Assembly (NCBI GenBank): GCA_023515725.1 | Contig: JALDTO010000266.1 | Span: 2,188,217-2,252,216, forward strand | Length of the DNA: 64,000 bases | Direction of reading: 5' to 3' | From: Amoeboaphelidium protococcarum X5 | Taxonomy: Eukaryota > Fungi > Aphelidiomycota | Shown: positions 1-13,968 of the stretch, in pieces | How positions within the stretch are numbered: position 1 is the first letter of the stretch | How the letters are laid out: every line of letters begins with the position of its first letter | Position numbers and translations under genes: made by a program | The notes under the pieces: generated by a model | What the model was told of the DNA's origin: nothing | What the model saw: the letters and a program-made list of their open reading frames with translations, nothing else | Databases searched by the model: none

Positions 1-150
1 AACCTCCTAAGCAAGTTCCGACCAACACATGATTCGCTCACAAATCGAGCGCGTGATGTTGAAACAATCAAGCCCACGCCCGCTGTATTGCCAGCCAAGA
101 ACATGCGGGCATTTACACCAAAATGCCTTATTTTAATACCAGATTTTCAT
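1..150 (-). CDS. Possible 5' end of a hypothetical gene running off the window
   Basis: ATG at 150 opens a frame (MKIWYQNKAFWCKCPHVLGWQYSGRGLDCFNITRSICERIMCWSELAQEV, TAR=Gln) with no TGA to the window edge; no recognisable motif. Confidence 0.25.
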
Positions 151-778
151 ATAGTATACTCTTTTTCTTAAAATCAATATTATTTTCAAGAAGTATCTTC
201 AATCTCTTTTTTAGTTCGTCGCGCGTAACTGTTTGCAGAGTTTTAACTAACTACAGTCGCCGAAGAAATACTTGAAGGATATACTGAGAGATTTTGCGAT
301 AATTTCGCAATACTGCTTCAAATGGCCAATAAGTCGTGTCATACTTTGCTGCTGATGTTTACGCTGTTGCAGTAGTAATATTGGAGATGTTGAATCGCCG
401 CAAGGTGTGGGTCTGATGATTGATTATAAAGTGCGTTGTAATTTAACAAAACGGTGCAACATGGTTAATGTTTTCCAAGTCTCTTGCAGTGTCGCATAAT
501 GTTGACAGGTAATGCGAGAGTTAAAGTCAGTAAGATATGACTTAAATTTTTAAAATCCATAATATAAATTAATTAACAACACTGGGCGTTAATTAAACGA
601 TCTTGTTTTTAGATTACTTTAAAATCATCCAGGGCAGCTTTTTTCTCATTCGATTTGATCCTTGTCGGCTCGCTCAACAGGAAATTTCAATTCTTCAAAC
701 ACTGCGCATTGAAAATCTTTTTAAAGCAATCAATCTATTGATTTTTGCGCAGTAAATAGTTTATTGAAAAGGGTCAGA

Positions 779-1558
779 ATGATAACTGCAAGTCGAATGC
801 TTATGGCGTCAGTTGGTAGTGTGTCTATGCTTCCTTCTGTTTAGAGACTTGTGGCGTATTACGGAATCTCAGAGTTGGCGTCAATACCGGCGAGTGGCCC
901 TCATGGCCGATTGCTAAAGGGGGACGTTCTGAAGTGGATAGAGTAGAATTAACTATAGCGGCGATCGCCACAACATCAAGTAGCTAGTGGTGAGCAGATT
1001 GAACTGAGATTACCGCGATCTACATTAACGTCGGCGCTTGCTGGTGTGAGGGATGTTAAAGAGCGACGAGTATTGGCTGAGAAGTTTGTAGCTGATAGAG
1101 TTGAATCGACACTGAAGTAGGCACTGGGCTCTATAGATTTACGCGTCAGAATTGAGAAGGCTTTTGGTCCATCAAGACAACCATAGAAGTCTAGTCGTAA
1201 TTCGAAATAAGGTCTGGAGGTTGTAGTTGATCTTGGTCGCTCGATTAATGACATCGCTCCTATTCCGAAGCCTTTACAATCGTTGAGTATTAAGGACAAT
1301 GACGCCCTGATGGATTTTTTATCGGACAAGTCTAATAAGAGAGCACCATCAATTCAATTGTATCCTAACGTTGAATAAGAGGCTGGCAATGTTAATGATT
1401 TTAATGCTCTTGGTCTACTGTATGATACACCTAGTCTGTACCGCCCTTAAACAACTAAAGCTAGCGAAGATATCTAAATCCAAGTCCAGGTTCCTAGCGC
1501 TATTGACGTCAAGTCTAGTACAATACAAAAGACATTTCTAAGGAATTTGGTATTATGA
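779..1558 (+). CDS. Pyruvate dehydrogenase E3-binding protein (protein X)-like, with PSBD domain and no lipoyl domain
   Basis: 259-aa frame open only with TAR=Gln. The N-terminal [38 protein letters not shown] matches the peripheral subunit-binding (E3-binding) domain consensus. Confidence 0.7.
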
Positions 1559-1663
1559 GACTGGAATAAAAGAGTTAAAGTGCAGTAACATATTAAAACT
1601 CACTTTTTATTGCTTTCACAACGTTCAATTCCATATTAAAAAGTATCTATAACTGACAATGGA

Positions 1664-3529
<1,866 letters not shown>

Positions 3530-3999
3530 ACTTATATTGTTTACAATAGCGGTGCAAAGACAATTTGTGATAGGTGAAGTGATAATAAATTCAATTTATA
3601 ATACACATCCGCGTTTTAGTTTAGAAGAGAGAAAACACGACTCCAAAGTTGTCTCTGAAATAATGAAAATTGACAGTTGAAGCACAGCCGAGAGTGGAAA
3701 CGGGGAATTGATCATTGTGCGTAAAAAAAGAATGAAATAATTAAACAAGGAATGAGACAGTACAAGTAAGTGGAGGGTGATTAGACACTGAAGCATGAGA
3801 AAGGGAGCTCTCTACTGAACCAAAAACGTTCATTTTCAACCGTCCCAAACGATCCTCAATGATGTCGGCCGACCGAACGCGTCTGTCATAAAACGCCCAA
3901 ATAAGACGCGTTGACTTAGTCATCATCATAATAGAACAACAATGATGCAATACACACACAAACAAACAAACAACAATCATATTATACATTTATCTATAT

Positions 4000-4449
4000 T
4001 CACACTGGACGGATTTTAAAGTGCAAGCTGATTAGAGACAAAATGAGACACCGCAAGTCTTGGACCAGATAATAGAATAGACTTAACCCATCAGAGTCTT
4101 TGCACGCGTTCACTTCAGTAAGGGAACCAATCTTGGACGTTTGCAAATGAATTTTAGTGTCACCATACTCGTAATCAAATTCCTATTTCCCCACTCGGTC
4201 TGGCTTGGGCCAATCTTTATCAGTGACGTGATTTTCAACTAATCTCGACTGCTCAATAATTCTTCTCATTTCATCAATCACAATCTGGCTGATGTAAAAC
4301 TCCTTCTTGATCATCGAGTCGTTTTTGTAATTGCTGTGATTGGCATATCGAACCAGGCCATTCGATCTCACCTCAAACTCTATAAATTCGTGTCCAAACT
4401 TCCCCCTATGCCCCGAGTAGTAATGTAAATAGAAGTTGTCTTTACTCAT
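4000..4449 (-). CDS. MAGO: Mago nashi (exon junction complex)
   Basis: [21 protein letters not shown]...WPKPDRVGK(TAG=Q)EFD...[14 protein letters not shown]; 149 aa. Confidence 0.96.
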
Positions 4450-4731
4450 ACAAACATAAACGCACGCGCAATAATACACGAGAAAAATTATTATATACGC
4501 TTAATAGGTCTTTAAGATGGTACCAATTGACAGCTTTGAGCAGACTGTGCAAAGTTCGCTGTACTGAATGCGAGCGTGTCAAACCAAGCAGAGAACGAGA
4601 GAGAGAGAGCGCGCGGCATTTCGGTTAACCTTAGATCGGACAGAAAATCAATATTTTTTCGCCAATCACCTCACCAGTTTACCTGACGCGGTCTATTTAA
4701 TTTCTTTGCATTTAATTAAAGCATACACATC

Positions 4732-5526
4732 ATGGCTGTCGGTAAGAATAAGCGTTTATCCAAGGGAAAGAAGGGTATTAAGAAGCGTGTCGTTGATCCG
4801 TTCACTCGTAAGGACTGGTACGATATTAAGGCACCAGTCATGTTCGAGAATCGCGACATTGGAAAGACTCTAGTGAACCGCTCGTACGGTCTTAAAAATG
4901 CTGATGATTATCTGCGTGGACGTGTGCTGGAGGTCTGCCTGGCCGACCTTAATAAGGATGAGGCTCAGTCTTTCAGAAAGATCAAGTTGAAGGTTGAGGA
5001 GATCTAGACTGCCGGAAACAGCAAAGTTTGTCTGACCAACTTCTACGGTCTTGACTTTACCAGCGACAAGATCCGCTCCATGGTCAAGAAGTGGTAGACA
5101 CTTATTGAGGCTTTCGTCGATGTCAAGACCACCGATGATTACCTGTTGCGCGTGTTTGTCATTGGATTCACCAAGAGAAGACCTAACCAGGTGAAGAAGA
5201 CCACATACGCTCTCTCCAGTCAGGTGCGCGCCATCCGTAAGAAGATGTTCGACATTGTGAAGAAGGAGGTGTCGACTGTTGACTTGAAGGGTCTTGTGGA
5301 GAAGCTGATCCCTGAAGTCATGGGCAAGGAGATTGAGAAGGCCACTCAGGGTATCTACCCATTGTAGAATGTGTTTGTGAGAAAGGTGAAGATCTTGAAG
5401 GCACCAAAGTATGAGCTCGGCAAGCTGTTGGAGCTCCACGGTGAGAGCGGCTCATCTGGCGCCACTGGTGAAGACAAGGGTGTCAGAGTTGGTGAATTCA
5501 AAGAGAAAGTCTACGAAAACATTTGA
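4732..5526 (+). CDS. RPS1: 40S ribosomal protein S3a/eS1
   Basis: [15 protein letters not shown]..., with in-frame TAG at conserved Gln positions (KKWQTLIE, IYPLQNV). Ends in TGA at 5524-5526. Confidence 0.98.
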
Positions 5527-6066
5527 GCTATATAGTGACTTGATAAAAGTAAATTGACGTGATACATATTTCATTCTTTTTTTATTGAGTTTGTTCCCTC
5601 AGTGTATCGCTTTACTGTATTTAGTTGACACCATCTAGAGACAAGACAAGACAGACAGACAGATGGAAAGATAGAACCTATTTGCAAAGCTTAAACATAG
5701 ACACTTTAAAATTAGCAATTACCACCAAGCTTCTCTTGTCATCTATTTCATCTGTTTGGAAACCAAGCAAACAAAGATTGACTAATTATAAAACTGGCTT
5801 GATTCGCCTTATTGATTAACGCTTTGTCGACTGTTTGATCAATCCCGTCGCTTTCACCTCTCTCGCTTTCTCTCTATTGTCTCATCCACATCTTTGTTCT
5901 GTTTCACCTCTACTACTGCAGTAGTGATCATCTGAGTATTAATAAGTCTTCAGAAGTGAACTCAAAATATCCTTATAACAGCCTGTCAACTAGTACTATT
6001 ATTTGATAATACCTGTTAATTCATAAAGTCTATCTATTCATAAGAAGAAGAATATTAGAATATCGA

Positions 6067-9000
6067 ATGACTTTGGAATCTTTGGCCAAGTACACTGAAG
6101 ACAGTATTAACTGTAGTAAAGAGCTGTTGAACTTCTTTAAGAAGAAGAGTGCTATGGATGCAGAATATGCCAAGGGTCTAGGTAGGATTTGCATCTGTTG
6201 TTTGCATACTGATTGTGGAGTTATAATTGTTTTAATAGGTTTGTTGTAGTTAAATTGTGTTAGACAACTCTGAGCCATTTTCAAAAGAACAAATCTGCTG
6301 ATAAGTCTCAGGATATGGCTATATTGAAATCGTAAGTTAACATTCCATCTAAATTATATCTTATTTATATCTTATGAGTGCTTGATGTAGATCTCTATGG
6401 AGTTCATTTAGTAATGTCCTTTAGTGCCTCTATGATTAAGCCAGTGTAGCGGTAAGTTTCCCATTTCGTAGACGATTTAACTGATCATTGTTTGTGATTA
6501 TAAATATGATAATTGTGGGTAGAGAAGTGTTTCGATGACTTTGAGTAATGACGTGGCTGCACCCATTTAGCAGTACATCAGGGAAATGGAAGCAGATAGG
6601 AAGGCTGTGATTGATGAGGCTATGAGGTAGTAGCGAGTTTTGCAAGATATGTTTATAGAATTGAAGAAGGTAAAGTAGAATCAAGAGGATTGCTTATAAG
6701 CTAATAATGAGGCGAAGGAAGCACTAACCAAGGCTCAGCGTACTCCTAATGTTAAAGATAAGGAACTGGAGAAGTTGCAGTAAAAGGTTTTAGTATGCCA
6801 GGAGAAGTTGAATATTGCTGACGCCACCTTGCAAGAGCATGATGAGAACTGTAAAAATGCTCAACAAATTTATTGGTAGACATCGTTGCCTGCTCTACTT
6901 GAGAAATTGTACAATAAGGAAGAGGAGCGATGTGCAACTGTTCATAGTACCCTGAAGAACTGGTGTTTGATGGAGAAATAGTTATTTGAGTTTGAGAATC
7001 AGTCTGGAGAGAAGCGATTAGATATCTTGGAGAATACGGATCTTAGTGGCGATTTGGAGGAGGTGTTTACGGAGCATATGAACTCTAGCTTTGATCCTAC
7101 TGATGATAGTAAAACTGGAGCGGGGATTCCTAGCATATCGGTGCATAGTTTAGTTAATCCAATCAAGTCTGGTCGAATGTTGAAGAAATCGGACGAGAAT
7201 GACCTGGTGTGGAAGCCGCGTTACTTTGTATTGATGGGCGATCGTACAGATCCGACTAATCCTTCGTATCAGCCTACATCAGGTAGATTGTACTATTTTG
7301 AGCAGGAGGACTCTACCAAGCCTAAGGGAATTGTTGATCTCAGTGGAGCAAGTGTTTACTCTGTGGATGATACAATGTCTGGTGGTGAGAAGAAGAATCT
7401 ATTTCTCATTTCAACATCTCTGACGACTACGGAGAATAATCAGCTTGTGATTAAGAAGAAGATTTTGTATCTGTCAGCAGAGCGAGAGGAAGAGAAGGAT
7501 GAGTGGATGGACTCGCTGAGGGCGTACTCTTTGTGCTGTATGCCCGATCTGTCTAGTGCTCTCGCAGAACCAATTTCTCTCAACTTGGATTCTACTGAGG
7601 AGGTTGCCGTTAATTTCCCGCGTGCCAGTCCTAAAGAGGTTCATTACAGAACCATTAGAACTCTGTCCCTGTGGATTATGGAGGTTCGCGATGTTCATGT
7701 TCTAGAACCAGCTGCCCGTCCTAGCACTGCTGATGCCGGCCAAGGTTTGGCACAGGACCAAGGTAATCTGTTTAATGCATTTCAGGGTTAGAAGACGTAT
7801 AGTACATTCTGTACCGTTTCTGTAAATGAGGCTAGGATTGCAAAGACTGCCGTCAAATCTGGTACGAATCCATTTTTTGGCGAGGAGTTCTACTTTGATG
7901 AACTCGCGGATTGTGAATCTGAAATCTAGATTGAGGTGCACAGTAGCGGAAGGAGAAAAAATCTGTCACTTTAGTTGGGATCTCTTAGTGTGAAATTGAG
8001 TAGTTTTATTGATGAACAGAATTCTTAAAATCATGTTCACAAGAAGTATGAAGCCTGGCTGCCCATCCAAACTGCAACTGTTGATGAATTCGATCAACCT
8101 GAGCGTGATGGGAATCCAGCTGTGAGAATCGCTGCTATAGTGTCTAATGAAAGTATTTTGCCGCTGTATGAGTATCCGTCGTTTGTTAATACCCTTTTTG
8201 GTGAGGATTATCGGGTGCTCAAGACTCTGGCAAGATCAGCTGAGAAGTGTGTATCATTTGCTCGTGACGACTTTGCTCGTAGTCTGGTCAATGTCTTGAT
8301 TGCCACAGACTCTGATATTGTTGCATTCAGAGCCTTACTATCCGTTGATGTTGAAGGCACCGAAGATCCGAATATCATTTTTAGAGGCAATTCCATGGCG
8401 ACAAAGGTCATTGACTAGTACATGAAGATTGTGTGCGGTGAGTTTTTGATGAACACTCTCTCAGCGCCTATAAAGCTCGTGTATGAAAAGTCAAGTCGCT
8501 AGGAGAGCTGTGAAATTGACCCCACTCGCCTTGAACGTCCAGACGATGAGCTTATTAAGAAGCACTAGAAGCGTCTGCTGGCATGGGCGCAGATGTTCTG
8601 GGATGCCATTTAGAATAGTGTTGAGAAGTGTCCAAAGAATATGCGCGAGACTCTGCAGAGTATCAGAGAAATGGTGGTAGATTCGTTCAGAGGAAGAAAG
8701 ACAACGAGTGAGAAGGAGATGAATAACCTGAATCAGGTGCAGTACTCATCAGTGTCTGGCTTCATATTTCTGAGATTCTTTTGTCCGGCCATATTGAATC
8801 CGAAGCTTTTCGGGTTATGGCCAGAGATTAGCGATAATCCTGTTGCATCAAGAAGTCTCACTCTGATTGCTAAAGTGATGTAGAACTTGGCTAATTTGAG
8901 CGATTTTAAAGGTAAAGAGCCTCACATGGAGTTCTGCAATCCTTGGATCACGTTCAATATTGATGCAATGAAGACTTGTATACTTCATTTCTCTACTGCT

Positions 9001-10266
9001 CCCGCTAGCGATGCTAATAAAAAGTTTACTGCTGCAGTGCCAACAGCTTAGGATGTAGATCTAAGTAGGCAGTTGAATTACTTGTATCTATAGATTATTA
9101 ATAATCATGATGACCTGGTGACATTGAAGACTGAAGTTGAAGCCCATAGGAAGCAAGGTACGGAGCTTACTCTTGGCCATCGTGGCCATATTGTACCAGA
9201 CGACTTGGATAGATTGTTTATGTTTTAAGAGAAATTGGCTGATATGTATGCGCAGTACCATGCTGCATGGACGTCTAGCAAGAAGTAGATAGAAGACTGT
9301 CCTCATATTATTAAGCCTTTTTCCATCATCAATATGAGCAGTGTTAAAGCGACTAAAACTCCAATCATAGTTGCGGCCTAATCCATGACTCCTGCAGATA
9401 AGAAGGCTGCCAAGAAGACTACCACCAACATCAAAAGTAGAATGATATCGACTCCAACGCTGATATCTAATCCTATAAATGCAGAGCGTGTAGCTCATCT
9501 TGGGGATGATGATTAATAGGGTGTGCAGATGATCCAAGTTGGCGGAATGTCGACCAAGTCTAGTGAGGATTCCAATTTAGCTAAGCTATCTGCAATCAAT
9601 ATAAATGATGGTGGCGCCGGCAGTGCATACTCTTCTTCCACTACCTAGAAGGCGAATAAAAGGCTGTCCAGTTTACCTGCTCCAATCATTTCTCTAAATC
9701 CACCATCATTTGATGACGCGCCTGCTACCTCTTCGTCTCTCAGTAGAACTATAGAATTTGAGCTGGATCAGCGTATGAGTAGTCAAGATAAGTTAGAATC
9801 TTTGGCCAGAGTTTCTAGTCCAGTGGTACCACCGACTGATGTATAAGACGTGCTGTAGATTCCTAATTTAGACGGCGGTAGTGGTGGTGCGTCTGCATCG
9901 CAAGATCAAAATCGCCCAAGTGTATCATCTCGCAAGATGGGTACCACATAGAAATTCATGTCGCGTCTTTTCAGTGGTGGCTCAGTGCGTATTGGAAAGG
10001 GAAGCACTGGAATGGATGGCGCGTAAGACGGTGCCGGAGACATTAGCGACTTGGCTCTACAAATGGACTTGAATGAAGCTCCATCACCAGAAGCCATGTC
10101 TAATATGAAGCCTGGTGGTACATTTAAGCTGGGAACATGGAAAAAGAATAGTATAAGCGTAGTTGGACCTGACGGATAGAGCGAGGCTAGACGAAAGTTG
10201 ATGACGGGTACGAATGTCTCAATTTTTACCAACAAGGCTGGTGGCAGTGAACCTGCGCGAGAATGA
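6067..10266 (+). CDS. Multidomain Ras GTPase-activating protein (F-BAR + PH + C2 + RasGAP + disordered tail), 3 introns
   Basis: FCH/F-BAR start (ELLNFFKKKSAMDAEYAKGL), PH (WKPRYFVL...KPKGIVDL...EKDEWMDSL), C2 (NPFFGEEFYF), RasGAP (IFRGNSMATK; FIFLRFFCPAILNPKLFGL). GT-AG introns at 6182-6249, 6332-6390 and 6452-6522 restore one frame. Confidence 0.88.
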
Positions 10267-10406
10267 GATTTCCTTGAGTGAAATTATATTGATGTCGACG
10301 ACGAAGATGATGATGAGTTGAAAAGAATATGACTGATGTGCGGTGAATAGAATTCTGTTTTTACTAAATAAAAAGATAATTCATTCCATTCAAAAAAGGC
10401 ATCCGA

Positions 10407-13400
10407 TCATTGCAAATTATAATCACCCTCCTTGTGATAGGCTTGTCTGCGCATAACACCCAATCTACTGCGAGCATCACTAAGCGACTGCTCCAACTTT
10501 AATATCTGCACCTGCTATTCCATTTCCTTCTTCTTGAACTCATGCGCGGACAGTTTGGAGAAATCTACATCCTTATCGAGTCCCTACTTGCTATTGCTAT
10601 CCCTTAATTGTTACACTACTTTGACCAACATACGAGTACCATCCGTAACGGCCCTAGCAGCAACCTCCAGTGAATCCTGAGTCTTTGAGCCTCTTATAGC
10701 TTTAACTCTGGCTGCAGCGACCAATTGTGCAGTAGCGCCAGACACTTCTTGTGCAGCGACAACCAACTACTCCATACTGTGAGTGCCCTGAATGACACCG
10801 TCAGCACTCTCAACAAGTAGCTTCGTGGCTGCCGCTACAGCTTTTGCAGCAGATATCAAGCCATCGATCCATCTGGAGTTCTTCTTGTAGAAAGCAGCCG
10901 CACTACCACTGCCTTTACCATTAGAGACGATCTCTTTCTAAGAGTTGGTTGCGCACACAATCAATCTGGCGATAGCATCTGTAATGGCTCGCGCACTAGT
11001 AAGAATCGAATCATGAACAGCCAGGTCAGTTTGAGTTAATTTAGGATCTCTCGGTGCTTTTTACAACTTCAAAAGAGCATCAATTGCATCCTGAATAGCT
11101 TTAGACGCTGCCAACATTTCATCTTCAACCACCTTGTCAAACTCTTCACCCTAACCATCACCCCCGCGGGCATCTTTTGACACCAACGAAGATACTAGCT
11201 GAGTCAGGGGCGAAAGAGTAGACTGTAGTTGAGCATTATACTCCTGCACTTTCTGTGGCCGCTGAGTAAAATCCACAGATGCAAGTTAAGCAGATTACAG
11301 GCGATGATAGAAAAACTTGGCGTTCTCGGAGATCACTCTGGCCTGCTTAATCAATTTATCAGATACGGCATCAGAATCTTCGACATCCTCCACCAGACGA
11401 AGGAGACCTTTTGAGTTGGAAGCCAAATAATAGACAGATTAAGCAAGATTTGTAGCATTCTTTATCGCCTCAGCTTGAGATTCGCCGCTGGCATCACCAC
11501 CAACCAGATGCTTTGAGAACGATGCTGCAAAATCATTAGACTGTGAAGACGTCTTGTCGAGAAGAGATAAAACAATTTCAGCAGTGGCGGTCTAATTTCC
11601 ATTATGAGCTGAGCTGTCGAGCTCAAACATGGCGTCTGACGCCTTATTCTTACAATCATCAAGAACACTGTCCATAATCTTATCCATTTAAGATCGATGT
11701 TCCAGGCTCAGAGAATCAATCTTGCCTAGTAGAGAAGCCTCATTCGAAGAGCCTTGAGATTAGAGATTCTACAAAGCCATAAGGCTCTGATCTAGCCCAG
11801 CTTATAAGACTAGTATTTCCTCATCTTTTGCACTGCTCTACTCTTTCAGTCTCTCCAATTCACTCTTCAGATTTCTTAAATCATCCTTCAGCAGATTCTA
11901 ATCTTCCAATTGCTATTTCAACAGCTACTCTGACTGATCCTTTTCCACTTTAAATTAAGCAACCAACTTCTACGTTTCTGCACCTTTTGTCATGGACAGT
12001 TCTTCAAATCTAGCTTTCGCATCTGCAGCCTGTCTTCGCAGTAGTGCCACCTGCTCAATGCCTTCATCCTTCTATTTCTCCAGCTGGTTTTTAAACTAGT
12101 CACGCTCCTTCTTCAAGTCTTCCATCTCCATAAACTTGGCCTTCATGGTCTACGCCAACTTCTCCTTCTCCAATACGACATCTTTAACTGAGAGGGCCTA
12201 CTTTTACACCTCCTTGAACTTTTACAAGACATCCAAATGCTCTTTACGCAATTAAGCATACATTGCTGCCACATTTTCATACTTGGCTTTCCACATGGCA
12301 ACTTGATCTTGCAACTGCTTGATCAAACCATCAACCTCTTACTCTTTCTGTGCCCTTTGAAGATCCCAGCTACTCTTTGAATGCAATTATCTCTCATACT
12401 CTTACATTCTGGACTGGTACTCTCCCATAACGCGATTCACATCCTGCATTCTGCTTTCATAGCCTTGGATGATCTGCTACGCTTGCAACAACTAATTCTT
12501 CAAGTTCTGCAACTCATCCAGGTGACTATTATTCTAAATCAGCTACTGACGCATAATCATCTACTAACGCTCATAGTCAGACTGGATAACTGTGGGCTCT
12601 GGAGTGATATTAGATACTGATCCCCATAAATCATCAACCGGAGGAGTCTTTTCACGGGGAGGTTCAGGCTCAACTCTGCGCACAAGGGCCTAACTATTAG
12701 TAAAGTCTGGAGGCAGAGGAGGAAGAGTGGGTACAGTTATTAAACTGGTCAGGTATCTCAAGTTTGAGCACTCAAAGTAGAATTTACGCAACATCTCATA
12801 CTGCTAACGATATCTCAGACGAAGAGGTTCCATAGCCTCCACTGCATCGACAGTCTTATGCATGGCGGTCAACATTGAATTCAAAAACTAGTAAATACCA
12901 TAGCTCTCTTCAACCAGGGGGACAAGAGCAGAAATTTTACATTCATTATTAGAGTTGGGTCTGAAATTATCAAATATAGTCTTTTAAAATCTATCCAACG
13001 TGTCTTGCAGATCCATAAGCTCCGTGATAGTAATATAGCCCTCATTCACATCATCAACCTTCTTCAGAGCTCTGTACTCTTCATAACTCATGTTTGCGGT
13101 GAACTCTGGGTGCATAGTGTGAAATTACAACTTGGCCTTGATAAATTAGATATAAACTTGAATCAGAGTACTATATCCCCTACCACCATAGGTGTGAGCC
13201 CGCTCCATAGTGTCCAAGAAGGGAACTTCTCTCATACACTCTTCCAGTGCACAAGAGTGCCCATCCCTCAAAACTTTGTGAATAGTAATAAGAGCCTTGA
13301 AACACTGAATCTCATCAGACAGAACTGGTTGCATCTTGACAGCATTCCAGAACGGCTGAGCAGTCTTGAAGTCCCACGTAAACACAGCACATACTACAAT

Positions 13401-13661
13401 AATTAATCAAATATAATTCTATCATGATTTCTACTATTATAATGACATGACTTACTTCTAACATGCTTCTACTTTGGTGCAGTTTCATCCTAGTTGAGTG
13501 CCTTCTTCACACTGATTGATAACTCATGTTCAGCCTTCTCCTTTTCTTTGATGCTGAACCTACCCACTAAAATGTCAAACATTCATTATCACATACACTA
13601 TTTTTGTAAAATCTTACGCTCTAGTCATGTGGGGAGAAGTTCTACCACGAAGGGAACTCAT
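10407..13661 (-). CDS. SLA2: Sla2/HIP1 endocytic adaptor (ANTH + coiled coil + I/LWEQ), 2 introns
   Basis: ETAPKQKHVR, IQCFKALITIHKVLRDGH (ANTH); FYKKNSRWIDGLISAAKAVA and ATAQLVAAARVKA (THATCH/ILWEQ). Introns at about 13617-13567 and 13455-13394. Confidence 0.95.
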
Positions 13662-13968
13662 TGTGATAGCTGAGTGAAGGTTCGGTAGGGGTCTGTATTA
13701 CTGTAAGGTGCTTCAATGTAAAGAGGGAAAGGCGCGAAACGAGAAAGAATTCGCGCACGAAACGTACAGTACGTTCGTTCATCAAGAAAGAGAGACAGAT
13801 ATCCTTAACGGGGTCGTCAAATGATTGCTTGCTAATGAATGTGATGCATCAGAAGGGAGTACATCATAGTTTTCAGGTTGTAGTTTATAGGAGCGCAATT
13901 ATGATTAGGGACTGTAGGCATATAGAGTTATAACAAAAAATATTGGCAGAATGTAAATAGATTCCATA

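Noticed and set aside
4870-5439. Antisense ORFs in the track (e.g. 4870-5439, 52487-54520 plus strand, 2354-2848, 15256-15654, 30219-30668)
   Set aside because: They are shadows on the opposite strand of well-supported genes (RPS1, GSIII, LSB6, kinesin, UBE2O).
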